Shown here one piece after another: positions 17,114 to 25,483 of a DNA stretch of 42,644 nt. Both the position numbers and the translations under genes were made by a program. The DNA is from a virus (Duplodnaviria; Caudoviricetes), in IMG/VR virus record IMGVR_UViG_3300020045_009723, positions 1 to 42,644 of that record. One strand, 5' to 3'. The notes beneath the pieces were generated by a model. The model did not search any database, was not told where the DNA came from, and saw only the letters and a program-made list of their open reading frames with translations. Within the stretch, counting starts at the first letter, position 1; the number at the start of each line of letters is the position of its first letter.

Positions 17114-17181
17114 ATATGTGTCCAAACATGATGACGTTAAAAGCTTTGTAATGACGCACTCATGCGGTTAAAATGTGAAAG

Positions 17182-17802
17182 GTGGAAACTCTAGTGGCAG
17201 ACTTTAAAGACATTTTGGAAAAAAACCCACAGGCGTTCGAAGGGACAACCCATTCTGACAATTATGCAGCATTAGCAACTAAGCTCGGTGAGCTGGGCTT
17301 TGATGTTTTGATCAATGACAAAAAGGCTGCAGAATTCGTACCCGCTTCTAGGCTTAACGACGTTGTTTCGCAAAGAGATACGTTTAAAGGTCAAGTTGAA
17401 GGTGCAAACAGGGAACTTGAGCAAATGAAGATTGCTGCAAAAGACAACGAACCACTTAAGCTGCAATTGCAAACACAAATTGATCAAAACAACGGTTTGC
17501 TCAAGGACTTGGAAACAACCAACGTTAAGATGCACGTCGTCATGGCAGCCAAAGACGCAATTGATGCAAATGATCTTTTTCACTTCATCAAAATGGATAA
17601 TATTCGTGTTACCAATAAAGGTGATGTGGTTGGGGTGGATGCAGAAGTTGAACGTCTTAGGAAAGAAAAGCCTCACTTGTTTGCCAGTCCGGATAGTAAG
17701 CGAAAAGGTGGAATGGACCATAAAGGCGACAAGTCAGAACCCGCTCTTGGTGGTGGAATGAACAGTTTGCTTAGGAGAGCGGCAGGAATTCAGGTTCGTT
17801 AA
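17182..17802 (+). CDS. Capsid scaffolding protein (GP20-like)
   Basis: FVPASRLNDV, coiled coil, LRKEKPHLF; directly upstream of the major capsid gene. Confidence 0.85.
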   Translation: METLVADFKDILEKNPQAFEGTTHSDNYAALATKLGELGFDVLINDKKAAEFVPASRLNDVVSQRDTFKGQVEGANRELEQMKIAAKDNEPLKLQLQTQIDQNNGLLKDLETTNVKMHVVMAAKDAIDANDLFHFIKMDNIRVTNKGDVVGVDAEVERLRKEKPHLFASPDSKRKGGMDHKGDKSEPALGGGMNSLLRRAAGIQVR

Positions 17803-17826
17803 TAAAAACATGGGGGAATGAATCCA

Positions 17827-18798
17827 ATGAAAGAAAGAAAGTTTAATCTAAGCTTGTTTGACGTTTATAACAGTTTGGTTGATCGTACTGGTTCTTCCGC
17901 TTTAATGCCGGAAGATGTTGCTCGTGAGATCGTACAAGGCGTTCCTCAATTCTCCAGCATTATGCAACTGGCAACAAGAGCTCCGAACATGTCCCGCAGA
18001 CAACGTCGTGTTCCAGTTCTTAGCACTCTGCCCACTGCGTACTTTGTTAATGGCGACACTGGCCTAAAACAAACTTCGCAAATGGCGTGGAGCAACAAAT
18101 ACTTTGACGCAGAAGAACTTGCGGTCATTATTCCTATTCCTGAAGCAGTTCTTGACGACTCTGACTATGATATTTGGGGTGAAATTAAACCCAGAATCAT
18201 GGAAGCTCTCGGAATCGCTTTTGACGCCGCAGTTATGTTCGGCACCAACGCTCCTGCTGTTTGGCCTGATGACCTTTTGACAGCATCAACTGCTGCAGGT
18301 AACACAGTGGCACTCGGAACTGGGGCTGACATCTATGATGACATCCTTGGCGAAAACGGAATGTGTGCTTTGGTTGAAGCCGATGGCTTTATGGTCAATG
18401 GTCATGCAGCCCATACTTCAATGAGAGGCAAATATCGTGGCCTGAGAGATGCAGCGGGAAATCCAATCTTCAAGTCAACTGTTCAAACAGCCACACAGTA
18501 TGATCTTGACGGTGCCCCTTTATTCTTCCCACTCAATGGTGCAATGAATCCCGCTTCTGCCCTCCAGTTCTGTGGTGATTGGAAACAATTGGTGTACGCA
18601 ATACGCCAAGACGTTACCTACAAAATCCTTTCAGAAGCTGTAATTCAGGATGGTTCTGGTGCTATTGTTTACAATCTGGCCCAGCAAGACATGGTTGCTC
18701 TTCGTGCAGTAATGAGGCTGGCATGGCAGGTTCCGAATCCAATCAATCGAATCAATGCAACCGGAACACGGTTCCCGTTCTCTGCTCTTACTCCTTAA
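17827..18798 (+). CDS. Major capsid protein (HK97 fold) with Prp-type leader
   Basis: LMPEDVAREI, AEELAVIIPIPEAVLDD, NLAQQDMVALRAVMRLAW; N-terminus MKERKFNLSLF. Confidence 0.92.
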   Translation: MKERKFNLSLFDVYNSLVDRTGSSALMPEDVAREIVQGVPQFSSIMQLATRAPNMSRRQRRVPVLSTLPTAYFVNGDTGLKQTSQMAWSNKYFDAEELAVIIPIPEAVLDDSDYDIWGEIKPRIMEALGIAFDAAVMFGTNAPAVWPDDLLTASTAAGNTVALGTGADIYDDILGENGMCALVEADGFMVNGHAAHTSMRGKYRGLRDAAGNPIFKSTVQTATQYDLDGAPLFFPLNGAMNPASALQFCGDWKQLVYAIRQDVTYKILSEAVIQDGSGAIVYNLAQQDMVALRAVMRLAWQVPNPINRINATGTRFPFSALTP

Positions 18799-18836
18799 TC
18801 CAAAATAGTAATAATTGAAATTCGGAGGTGCTTAAC

Positions 18837-19469
18837 TTGAAATTAAATCTATTTTCTGGCTTCTACCCTTTCAACCCTAGCCTTGGTCAACAGATACAAA
18901 CTGACGTGGAAGGCACTTTAGCTGATAGAGCTTTTATTGCTCACGTTCAATATTCCGCAGCTGTCGCAACTGCTGCCGGTACAGCTGCCGTTCTTGCACT
19001 CTTTGCAACCGCATCTGGTGCCGCAACCGTAAAAACTACAGGATTTACCCAACCTACATGCCCAAGAGTTGTTACGGCAACTACTGATGGAACCGCTGCT
19101 GACATCAAAGCTGTTCAGGTGTTGCTCGAGGGTACAAACTTTGCTGACGAAGTGATTACCGAAACGCTTCCCGTGTTCACTGAGAACACAAAGACAACCG
19201 TTACTGGCGCAAAGGCTTTCAAAACAATTACAAAGGTCACTGTTCCTGCAATGGATGGCGATGCTGCAACTGTTTCAATTGGTGTAGGTGAGGTTCTTGG
19301 TTTGCCTTACAAACTGACACATAATACGGTTTTAAAGGCATATCTTGGAAATGCTCTTGAAGGTACCGCCCCTACGGTCACAGTCAGCTCTACTGCTCTT
19401 GGCAGCAACACTGTTGATCTTAACAGTTCGCTGAATGGTTCAATCGTTGACGTTTACTTAATGGTGTAA
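18837..19469 (+). CDS. Probable capsid decoration protein with Prp-type leader
   Basis: Thr/Ala/Val-rich and directly after the capsid gene; GGAGG SD then TTG gives MKLNLF-SG. Confidence 0.7.
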   Translation: MKLNLFSGFYPFNPSLGQQIQTDVEGTLADRAFIAHVQYSAAVATAAGTAAVLALFATASGAATVKTTGFTQPTCPRVVTATTDGTAADIKAVQVLLEGTNFADEVITETLPVFTENTKTTVTGAKAFKTITKVTVPAMDGDAATVSIGVGEVLGLPYKLTHNTVLKAYLGNALEGTAPTVTVSSTALGSNTVDLNSSLNGSIVDVYLMV

Positions 19470-19483
19470 TTTAAACATTAGTT

Positions 19484-19509
19484 GGGCCTTCGGGCCCTTC
19501 AATTCTTTT
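19484..19509 (+). terminator. Terminator-like hairpin with C(UUCG)G tetraloop
   Basis: GGGCC-TTCG-GGCCC followed by a T-rich tract. Confidence 0.7.
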
Positions 19510-19524
19510 TAGGGGGTGTAGAGT

Positions 19525-19881
19525 TTGAGAGTACTGATGCTAAAAACTACTTCTTTTAATGGTCGCAAACAGCAAGGCGAAGAACATGACGTTGAAGGCA
19601 TAACTGCCAAGCGATGGATAAAAAACGGTATCGCAGAGGAATGCGTTGAACTTCAACAAGTTGTTATTGATGAGCCCATTGCAGAGCAAATTGATGTCAA
19701 AGACGACGTTGAAGAAAGTGACGACGTTAATGACGAGTCAGCTGACGTTGACGTTGTGCAAGACATTGACTATGAGTTAATATCTAACAAAGACTTGTAC
19801 AAGATGTGTGTTGAACGTGGTCTGGCAGTTGAACAGAGGCAGAACAAAAAGTACTATATCGACGCTTTAACAGCAGAGTAG
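19525..19881 (+). CDS. Head-associated protein with acidic linker and C-terminal HeH/Rho-N-like motif
   Basis: AKRWIKNGIA N-terminal motif; DYELISNKDLYKMCVERGL. Confidence 0.7.
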   Translation: MRVLMLKTTSFNGRKQQGEEHDVEGITAKRWIKNGIAEECVELQQVVIDEPIAEQIDVKDDVEESDDVNDESADVDVVQDIDYELISNKDLYKMCVERGLAVEQRQNKKYYIDALTAE

Positions 19882-19895
19882 AGTGGTGATACGTT

Positions 19896-20300
19896 ATGGC
19901 CATTTATAAAGCATACGCTACTACAAGTGATTTGGCCACATTCCTGTTTACGACAACTCAGTTATTGAGTTCAGACGCCAGTAGGTTGTTGGCAAGAGCT
20001 AGTGAATTAATTAAGCAGGTCACGTTGAGCAACATTGAATCAGACTCTATGTCAGCAACTGTTAAGGCCGATAATTTAGAAGCAGCAAAATTGGCGGTAT
20101 GTGCTCAAGTTGAATATTGGTTGGAGCTTGGTGGTCAAGGTATGACATTGGTTGGTCAAGTAAAAAGTTATGATGCGGGCGATATTAAAATGACGTTCGA
20201 TAAACCACTAACGTATTTGGCGCCAAGAGCTAAAGCATATTTATCAGATCGTGGGCTGCTTTATAGGGGGATTCGTTCCGTAGGGAGTGATGAAGATTGA
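19896..20300 (+). CDS. Head-tail adaptor
   Basis: RLLARASELI, KLAVCAQVEY, A.AYL...GLLYRG. Confidence 0.8.
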   Translation: MAIYKAYATTSDLATFLFTTTQLLSSDASRLLARASELIKQVTLSNIESDSMSATVKADNLEAAKLAVCAQVEYWLELGGQGMTLVGQVKSYDAGDIKMTFDKPLTYLAPRAKAYLSDRGLLYRGIRSVGSDED

Positions 20301-20623
20301 ACCTATACTACCCGTCACACTTAGACGTAACTTCAGTAGTCATCGTAATTACGCAAGGGTTAGGCTCTGGTGGAGCACCAAGTGTGGTGGAAACTAAAAC
20401 AACCAAATGTAATTTTAGTGAAAAGTCAAAGATCAAATATAGTAGTGAAGGTGAATCCACAAGAATAGTTGGTAGCTTAACCTTTCGTGGCGATGTCGCT
20501 TCTTCAACCCCTATTTTGGCAGGTAATGTTACAATAAATGGTGCTGTATTTAAGATATTTTCTGGTTCAAGAGTGCGGAATCCGGACGGAACAATAAACC
20601 ATGTTAAGTTAGAATTGCAATGA
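20297..20623 (+). CDS. Head closure protein
   Basis: Synteny; RNPDGTINH..LEL C-terminus. Confidence 0.7.
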   Translation: MNLYYPSHLDVTSVVIVITQGLGSGGAPSVVETKTTKCNFSEKSKIKYSSEGESTRIVGSLTFRGDVASSTPILAGNVTINGAVFKIFSGSRVRNPDGTINHVKLELQ

Positions 20624-21000
20624 AGTTGAACATTGTTTTTAAACCGACAGCAATTAAAGCTTTAACAGGAGCTCAACGAAAAGCAGCATTGATGACTGCA
20701 GAACAAATGTACCATGAGTTGGTAACGACTCAGGTTATGCCGTTTGATGAAGGCACACTGCAGAATATTCAAACAAATATTGGTGTAAGTAAAGATCACG
20801 GTGGTACGGTTGAAATTGTTCACGACACACCTTATGCTGCTAGATTATACTTTCATCCGGAATATAACTTTAGCTTTCTAATTAATAGAAATGCACAAGG
20901 TATGTGGTGGGAAGATTGGATTAGTGGTTCTAAGAAAAAACGTGCTGCAACTTTGTTTAGACACTTTTACTCTAAAGAAGCATCGAGGTACGTGAAATGA
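20620..21000 (+). CDS. Neck/tail completion protein (minor capsid 2-like)
   Basis: MPFDEGTLQ, TPYAARLYFHPEYNF. Confidence 0.8.
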   Translation: MKLNIVFKPTAIKALTGAQRKAALMTAEQMYHELVTTQVMPFDEGTLQNIQTNIGVSKDHGGTVEIVHDTPYAARLYFHPEYNFSFLINRNAQGMWWEDWISGSKKKRAATLFRHFYSKEASRYVK

Positions 21001-21404
21001 TGACAGTTGAAGAACTTCGTGCACACCTTGCTACACATTTTAGTACGATCACTTTTTACAGTGGCACAATCAACAAGTCAGCATCTTGCGTTGGAATATA
21101 CCTACAAAATGCACCTCCAAACAATGCAATAGGTGGTTTTTCCAATTCATCATATTCAGTATTAGCAGTTAATCTTTTAGTGCATTGGACGGAAGATTAC
21201 AATGTGAGTGCAGGAATTGCCTATAGTATTTATGATTATGTGAGTGCTTTACGTGATTCGTTTATTGGTACAACTCCAGCAAGGAGAAGAATTGCTACAA
21301 TAGAAATGCAATCAAGCCATCCAATTGGTGTAGGTAGGGACGAGCTTAATATTTGTGAATTATCTATACCATGTAAAATCTTTTATGAAAGGGAGGTCAC
21401 TTGA
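20997..21404 (+). CDS. Tail terminator protein
   Basis: Synteny; LLVHW, PIGVGRDE..ICE. Confidence 0.75.
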   Translation: MMTVEELRAHLATHFSTITFYSGTINKSASCVGIYLQNAPPNNAIGGFSNSSYSVLAVNLLVHWTEDYNVSAGIAYSIYDYVSALRDSFIGTTPARRRIATIEMQSSHPIGVGRDELNICELSIPCKIFYEREVT

Positions 21405-21405
21405 C

Positions 21406-22152
21406 GTGAAAAAGTTTAACTTACAATTGTTTTCCACAACTGGTGTTCATCCGGTCCACAACAACGTTTTTAAGATTGGCACCGTAGGGAGATCATCGGA
21501 AGCCAATGACTTGAAGCAGCCAAAGGATTTGGAAACGTTTCAGCTAACTGTTGATGGTTCCGTTGAAGATTGGACCCCAATGGACACTGCTGGTTGGGTT
21601 CGTCGTGCCGTTACTGGTAAAGGTTTATCAATCAACTTTAAAGGCAAAAGAAACTACGGTGACGACGGAAATGACTACATTGCTGGGCTTTTGCTGAAAA
21701 CTGGGCAGGACGTCGAAACAATACTAGAATGGACGCTTCCAAACGGTGATAAACTTACCATGAATTGCATCGTTGATCTTAAGTCAACTGGCGGTGGGGA
21801 TAGTACAAACATTGATGCTCTCGAGTTTGATGTTTTATCTGATGGGTTACCTGTTTACGTTTCCGGTTCTGAAGTGGCCGACCTTACATTTGTTTGTACT
21901 GATGCAGTTGCCGCAGGGGCCACTGAGATCACATCGGTATCGCCAGCATTGACTGGTGGAAACAGCTACATGTACAAGATCAATGGTTCTATTCCTGACT
22001 TGGATGACGTTATCAGCGCAGCAACGGGCTGGACTGCATACACAATTAATGATGACATCATTGTGGCTAATGGCAATAACATCGTCCTTGTTGAGATCAA
22101 CGGTACAAACCTTGCCAAAAAAGCAGGAACGGCTGTTTCTGTAGTTGCCTAA
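21406..22152 (+). CDS. Major tail (tube) protein with Prp-type leader and C-terminal accessory domain
   Basis: GGGAGGT SD then GTG 21406 gives MKKFNLQLF-STTG; EDWTPMD..GWVRRAVTGK, GKRNYGD.GNDY. Confidence 0.85.
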   Translation: MKKFNLQLFSTTGVHPVHNNVFKIGTVGRSSEANDLKQPKDLETFQLTVDGSVEDWTPMDTAGWVRRAVTGKGLSINFKGKRNYGDDGNDYIAGLLLKTGQDVETILEWTLPNGDKLTMNCIVDLKSTGGGDSTNIDALEFDVLSDGLPVYVSGSEVADLTFVCTDAVAAGATEITSVSPALTGGNSYMYKINGSIPDLDDVISAATGWTAYTINDDIIVANGNNIVLVEINGTNLAKKAGTAVSVVA

Positions 22153-22180
22153 TAAAAACAGTTTGGTTTAGAAAGGAGGT

Positions 22181-22507
22181 GTGGTTGTGGCAAGAATTGT
22201 TAATATCACAGATAAGCTTACTTCGGGTAAACCGGAGATTCAAATTGGAGACAAGAAATTTGCAGTCAATAACTCTGTTAGTACTGTTCTTCAATTTGAG
22301 GAGTTAATTACCGTCAAGTCCCAAAAAGGAATGATTGCTAGTATGGAACTGGCCCTTGGTAAAGAGGCATGCGAAGAGTTAAAAATTGAAGACTACAGCA
22401 TGGATAATTTTCAAGTGTTAGTTATTGCCGTTATCGCTGCAATGCAGGGCGAAACGTATGAGGCAACTGCCGAGCGGTTTCAGCAAGCCTTTAAATCTGG
22501 AGTTTAG
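22181..22507 (+). CDS. Tail assembly chaperone
   Basis: Between the tail tube and tape measure genes; AAAGGAGG SD. Confidence 0.8.
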   Translation: MVVARIVNITDKLTSGKPEIQIGDKKFAVNNSVSTVLQFEELITVKSQKGMIASMELALGKEACEELKIEDYSMDNFQVLVIAVIAAMQGETYEATAERFQQAFKSGV

Positions 22508-22853
22508 TTGGTACGATCTTTACGAGGACTGGGACCTGATTGAATCAAGTTTTGCAAAGCAGTACGGTATTCGTATTAGAAGTGAATCACAAACAATGCC
22601 TTGGTGTGAGTTTAGTACGTTGCTTACAGGTTTGATGCCTGATACTCCTCTTGGCCAAATAGTTTCGATACGTTCGGAACAGGACCAAAAGGTTATTCAG
22701 GCATTTAATTCCGCTCAGAGGAATATTTATAGTAGTTGGCAACGTAAAGTGGCCAGTGTTAAACTGCAAGATAAAGACAAGCTTGATCGCGAAATGAATG
22801 ATTTATCCAAAATGTTAAAAAGTATGTTTGGTAAAAGGAGGGATGCAAAGTGA
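22479..22853 (+). CDS. Second tail assembly chaperone segment (Gp15-like), probably reached by frameshift
   Basis: WYDLYEDWDLIESSFAKQYGIR...LLTGLMPDTPLGQIVSIRSE; no SD plus start codon upstream of the conserved block. Confidence 0.7.
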   Translation, partial: FSKPLNLEFSWYDLYEDWDLIESSFAKQYGIRIRSESQTMPWCEFSTLLTGLMPDTPLGQIVSIRSEQDQKVIQAFNSAQRNIYSSWQRKVASVKLQDKDKLDREMNDLSKMLKSMFGKRRDAK

Positions 22854-25105
22854 CCGAAAGTGCTGGTTCAGTCAAACTGGATTTGGAACTCAATGAAAGC
22901 GGCTTTCAAAGACAGTTAAACGGGGTAGCTAATAAAGCTAATGGAATGGCTTCTGCCTTTTCAAATTTAGCAATGGCCGCTGGCGTCGCCTTTTCCGCAT
23001 ACGAAATGATTAATTTTGGAAGAGGTGCTACCAAGCTTGCATCGGATTTGCAGGAAGTTCAAAACGTTGTAGACGTTACATTTGGTTCAATGGCGGGGCA
23101 GGTTAATAGTTTTGCAACCACCGCTATAGATCAATTTGGTTTATCCGAGTTAAGTGCAAAACGCTTTTCTTCCACGATAGGTGCAATGCTCAAGTCCTCG
23201 GGTTTAACTGGCCAAGGAATGACTGATATGTCTCTGGGTGTTACCAAACTTGCAGCAGATTTATCATCATTTTATAACTTAGATCAAGCTGACGCTTTTT
23301 ACAAAATCCAGGCAGGTTTATCGGGTGAGATCGAACCTTTGAGACGTCTTGGAGTTAATATGACTCAGGTAAACCTTGAGGCTTATGCAATGTCCAAAGG
23401 TATAACCAAGTCATTCCAGAAGATGACTCAACAGGAGCAAACTCTTCTTAGGTACAATTACCTTCTCAATGCAACCAAGGACGCTCAGGGAGACTTTGCA
23501 CGAACATCTGATAGCTGGGCAAACAGTACAAGGGTATTAACTGAGAGGTGGAATCAGTTCAAGGCAACAATGGGGCAAGGTTTTATCAATATTTTTGCCA
23601 ACGTCCTTGGTGGTTTAGGGGCTATAATAGCCAAGCTCCAAATCGCTTCGTTGTACTTTAAAGCATTTACTGAGTTGGTGTTTGGTTCGCAATCCAAGGT
23701 TGCTGAAACGGCAGTTTCTGCGCAAGATGCGTCAGCTTCAATTGGTGACATGGGTAAAGCCGTAAAAGAGGCTGGCAAGCAGGCTAAGAAAACATTAGCA
23801 CCGTTTGATCAGTTAAACATGCTTACGTCAAATATATCTGAAGGGTCAAGCGACGTAAGTGATGCTTTAACAAACGTCGGTGGAGGTAGTATTGGTGGAG
23901 ATACAGTAACAACTCCAACAATTAATACCGCAAAATTAGATGAAATAAATGCCAAGGTGAAACTATTTGTTGACTCTGTTAGGCAGCAGTTTGCTGATTT
24001 ATCAAGCATAGTTACACTACATAGCAATGGCATAATCGCCAGCATTGCAGGAATTGCCGCAGCCTTTACAACGTTTTTGGTTATTTCTAAATGGTCAGCA
24101 ATCGTGCAAGGTGTGACAATTGCCTTTGAAGGACTTGGTGTAGCTATTGGAGCAATATCGTGGCCAGTCGTGGCAGTTGCTGCGTTGGTTGGGCTATTTG
24201 TCGCAGCAATAGTTAATCTTTGGAAAACAAACGAAGGGTTTAGGGATTCTTTAACTACCGTCTGGAATAACATTACGTCTTTCCTGTCAAATGTTTGGAA
24301 TAACATTTTGAGCCCTATTTTGGCAGAGGTCGTTACGACCTTTAGGTGGTTGTGGGAAACACATTTAAAAGCAACCGTAACTGCGTTCGTTGGTTTTGTC
24401 AACAGTTTAATAACTGGTGCCGCTGATATATTAAACAAGTTCGTATTTCCTGTGCTGAACGCCATAGTTAACGCTTTTGGCCCAAACATCGTTAATACAT
24501 TCAAATTGATCATAAACGTAATAGGTAGTGTTATTGGTATTGTAGCTGACGTTGCATCGTCAATTTTCAAAATATTAGGTGGAATAATTGACTTTCTGGT
24601 AGGTGTATTTACTGGAAATTGGAACAAAGCATGGGGCGGCATAATGGGAGTGTTTACTGGAATTGTAGAGATTGTCGCTAGGCCAATAATGGGAATTATA
24701 AACGTAGTGATAGACATGATAAACTATATGATTCGTAGTTTGAATAACATACGTATTGATATTCCAGATTGGGTACCCGAGTATGGTGGGCAAAGCCTAG
24801 GGTTTAACGTTAAACAAATTCCAAAGCTTGCACAAGGTGGATTGGTTCATCAACCAACCCTAGCAATGGTTGGTGATAATAGAAATGCACGCACTGACCC
24901 AGAAGTTGTAAGCCCTTTGTCTAACTTGAAAGCGATAATGGTAGAAGCGCTGGCATCAATGCCCGGGTTTAATAATGGAAATAATTCTTCTGCCAATGCA
25001 CAAGAAATTGTATTACAAGTTGGCGAAACAGAATTTGCAAGATTAATAATTAGTTCTGTACATAACTTACAGAGACAAACAGGGGTTACATTGCTCACAG
25101 TCTAG
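22850..25105 (+). CDS. Tape measure protein
   Basis: 751 aa; ASDLQEVQNVVDVTFG, GEIEPLRRLGV, amphipathic W/F repeats, IPKLAQGG..PTLAMVGD. Confidence 0.92.
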   Translation: MTESAGSVKLDLELNESGFQRQLNGVANKANGMASAFSNLAMAAGVAFSAYEMINFGRGATKLASDLQEVQNVVDVTFGSMAGQVNSFATTAIDQFGLSELSAKRFSSTIGAMLKSSGLTGQGMTDMSLGVTKLAADLSSFYNLDQADAFYKIQAGLSGEIEPLRRLGVNMTQVNLEAYAMSKGITKSFQKMTQQEQTLLRYNYLLNATKDAQGDFARTSDSWANSTRVLTERWNQFKATMGQGFINIFANVLGGLGAIIAKLQIASLYFKAFTELVFGSQSKVAETAVSAQDASASIGDMGKAVKEAGKQAKKTLAPFDQLNMLTSNISEGSSDVSDALTNVGGGSIGGDTVTTPTINTAKLDEINAKVKLFVDSVRQQFADLSSIVTLHSNGIIASIAGIAAAFTTFLVISKWSAIVQGVTIAFEGLGVAIGAISWPVVAVAALVGLFVAAIVNLWKTNEGFRDSLTTVWNNITSFLSNVWNNILSPILAEVVTTFRWLWETHLKATVTAFVGFVNSLITGAADILNKFVFPVLNAIVNAFGPNIVNTFKLIINVIGSVIGIVADVASSIFKILGGIIDFLVGVFTGNWNKAWGGIMGVFTGIVEIVARPIMGIINVVIDMINYMIRSLNNIRIDIPDWVPEYGGQSLGFNVKQIPKLAQGGLVHQPTLAMVGDNRNARTDPEVVSPLSNLKAIMVEALASMPGFNNGNNSSANAQEIVLQVGETEFARLIISSVHNLQRQTGVTLLTV

Positions 25106-25119
25106 GAGGTGTGTAGAAG

Positions 25120-25479
25120 ATGCTGTTAAAAATTAATGACGTGGAAATTGTTGCATACCCGAAGGAGTTTTCTGTCACATCTTTGGACTTGGACAATGGT
25201 GAATCCACAACCAGGACGGCAGACGGCACATTAAATCGTGATAGAGTTGCGGTCAAGCGACAGATAGATTTGGCGTGGGGAGTTCTTAGCTGGTCAGAGA
25301 TGTCCACTTTGTTGCAAAGCATACAAGACGTGTTTTTTGAATTTTACTATCCTGACCCATTAGATGGAACTTACGCAACCAGAACATTTTACGTAGGAAA
25401 TAGACCTACGCCATTTGCAGTTGCCATTGGTTCAGACGTAAAGTGGTCCGGGTTGAAAGTAACTTTTACGGAAAGGTAA
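25120..25479 (+). CDS. Distal tail protein (DUF6711-like)
   Basis: RTADG.L.RDRVAVKR...FYVGNR...TFTER; directly after the tape measure gene. Confidence 0.8.
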   Translation: MLLKINDVEIVAYPKEFSVTSLDLDNGESTTRTADGTLNRDRVAVKRQIDLAWGVLSWSEMSTLLQSIQDVFFEFYYPDPLDGTYATRTFYVGNRPTPFAVAIGSDVKWSGLKVTFTER

Positions 25480-25483
25480 AATT

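Noticed and set aside
23809-24717. 302-aa minus-strand ORF and the other minus-strand ORFs (e.g. 6648-7200, 17272-17721)
   Set aside because: They are antisense shadows of biased or low-complexity + strand genes, with no SD or recognisable motifs.
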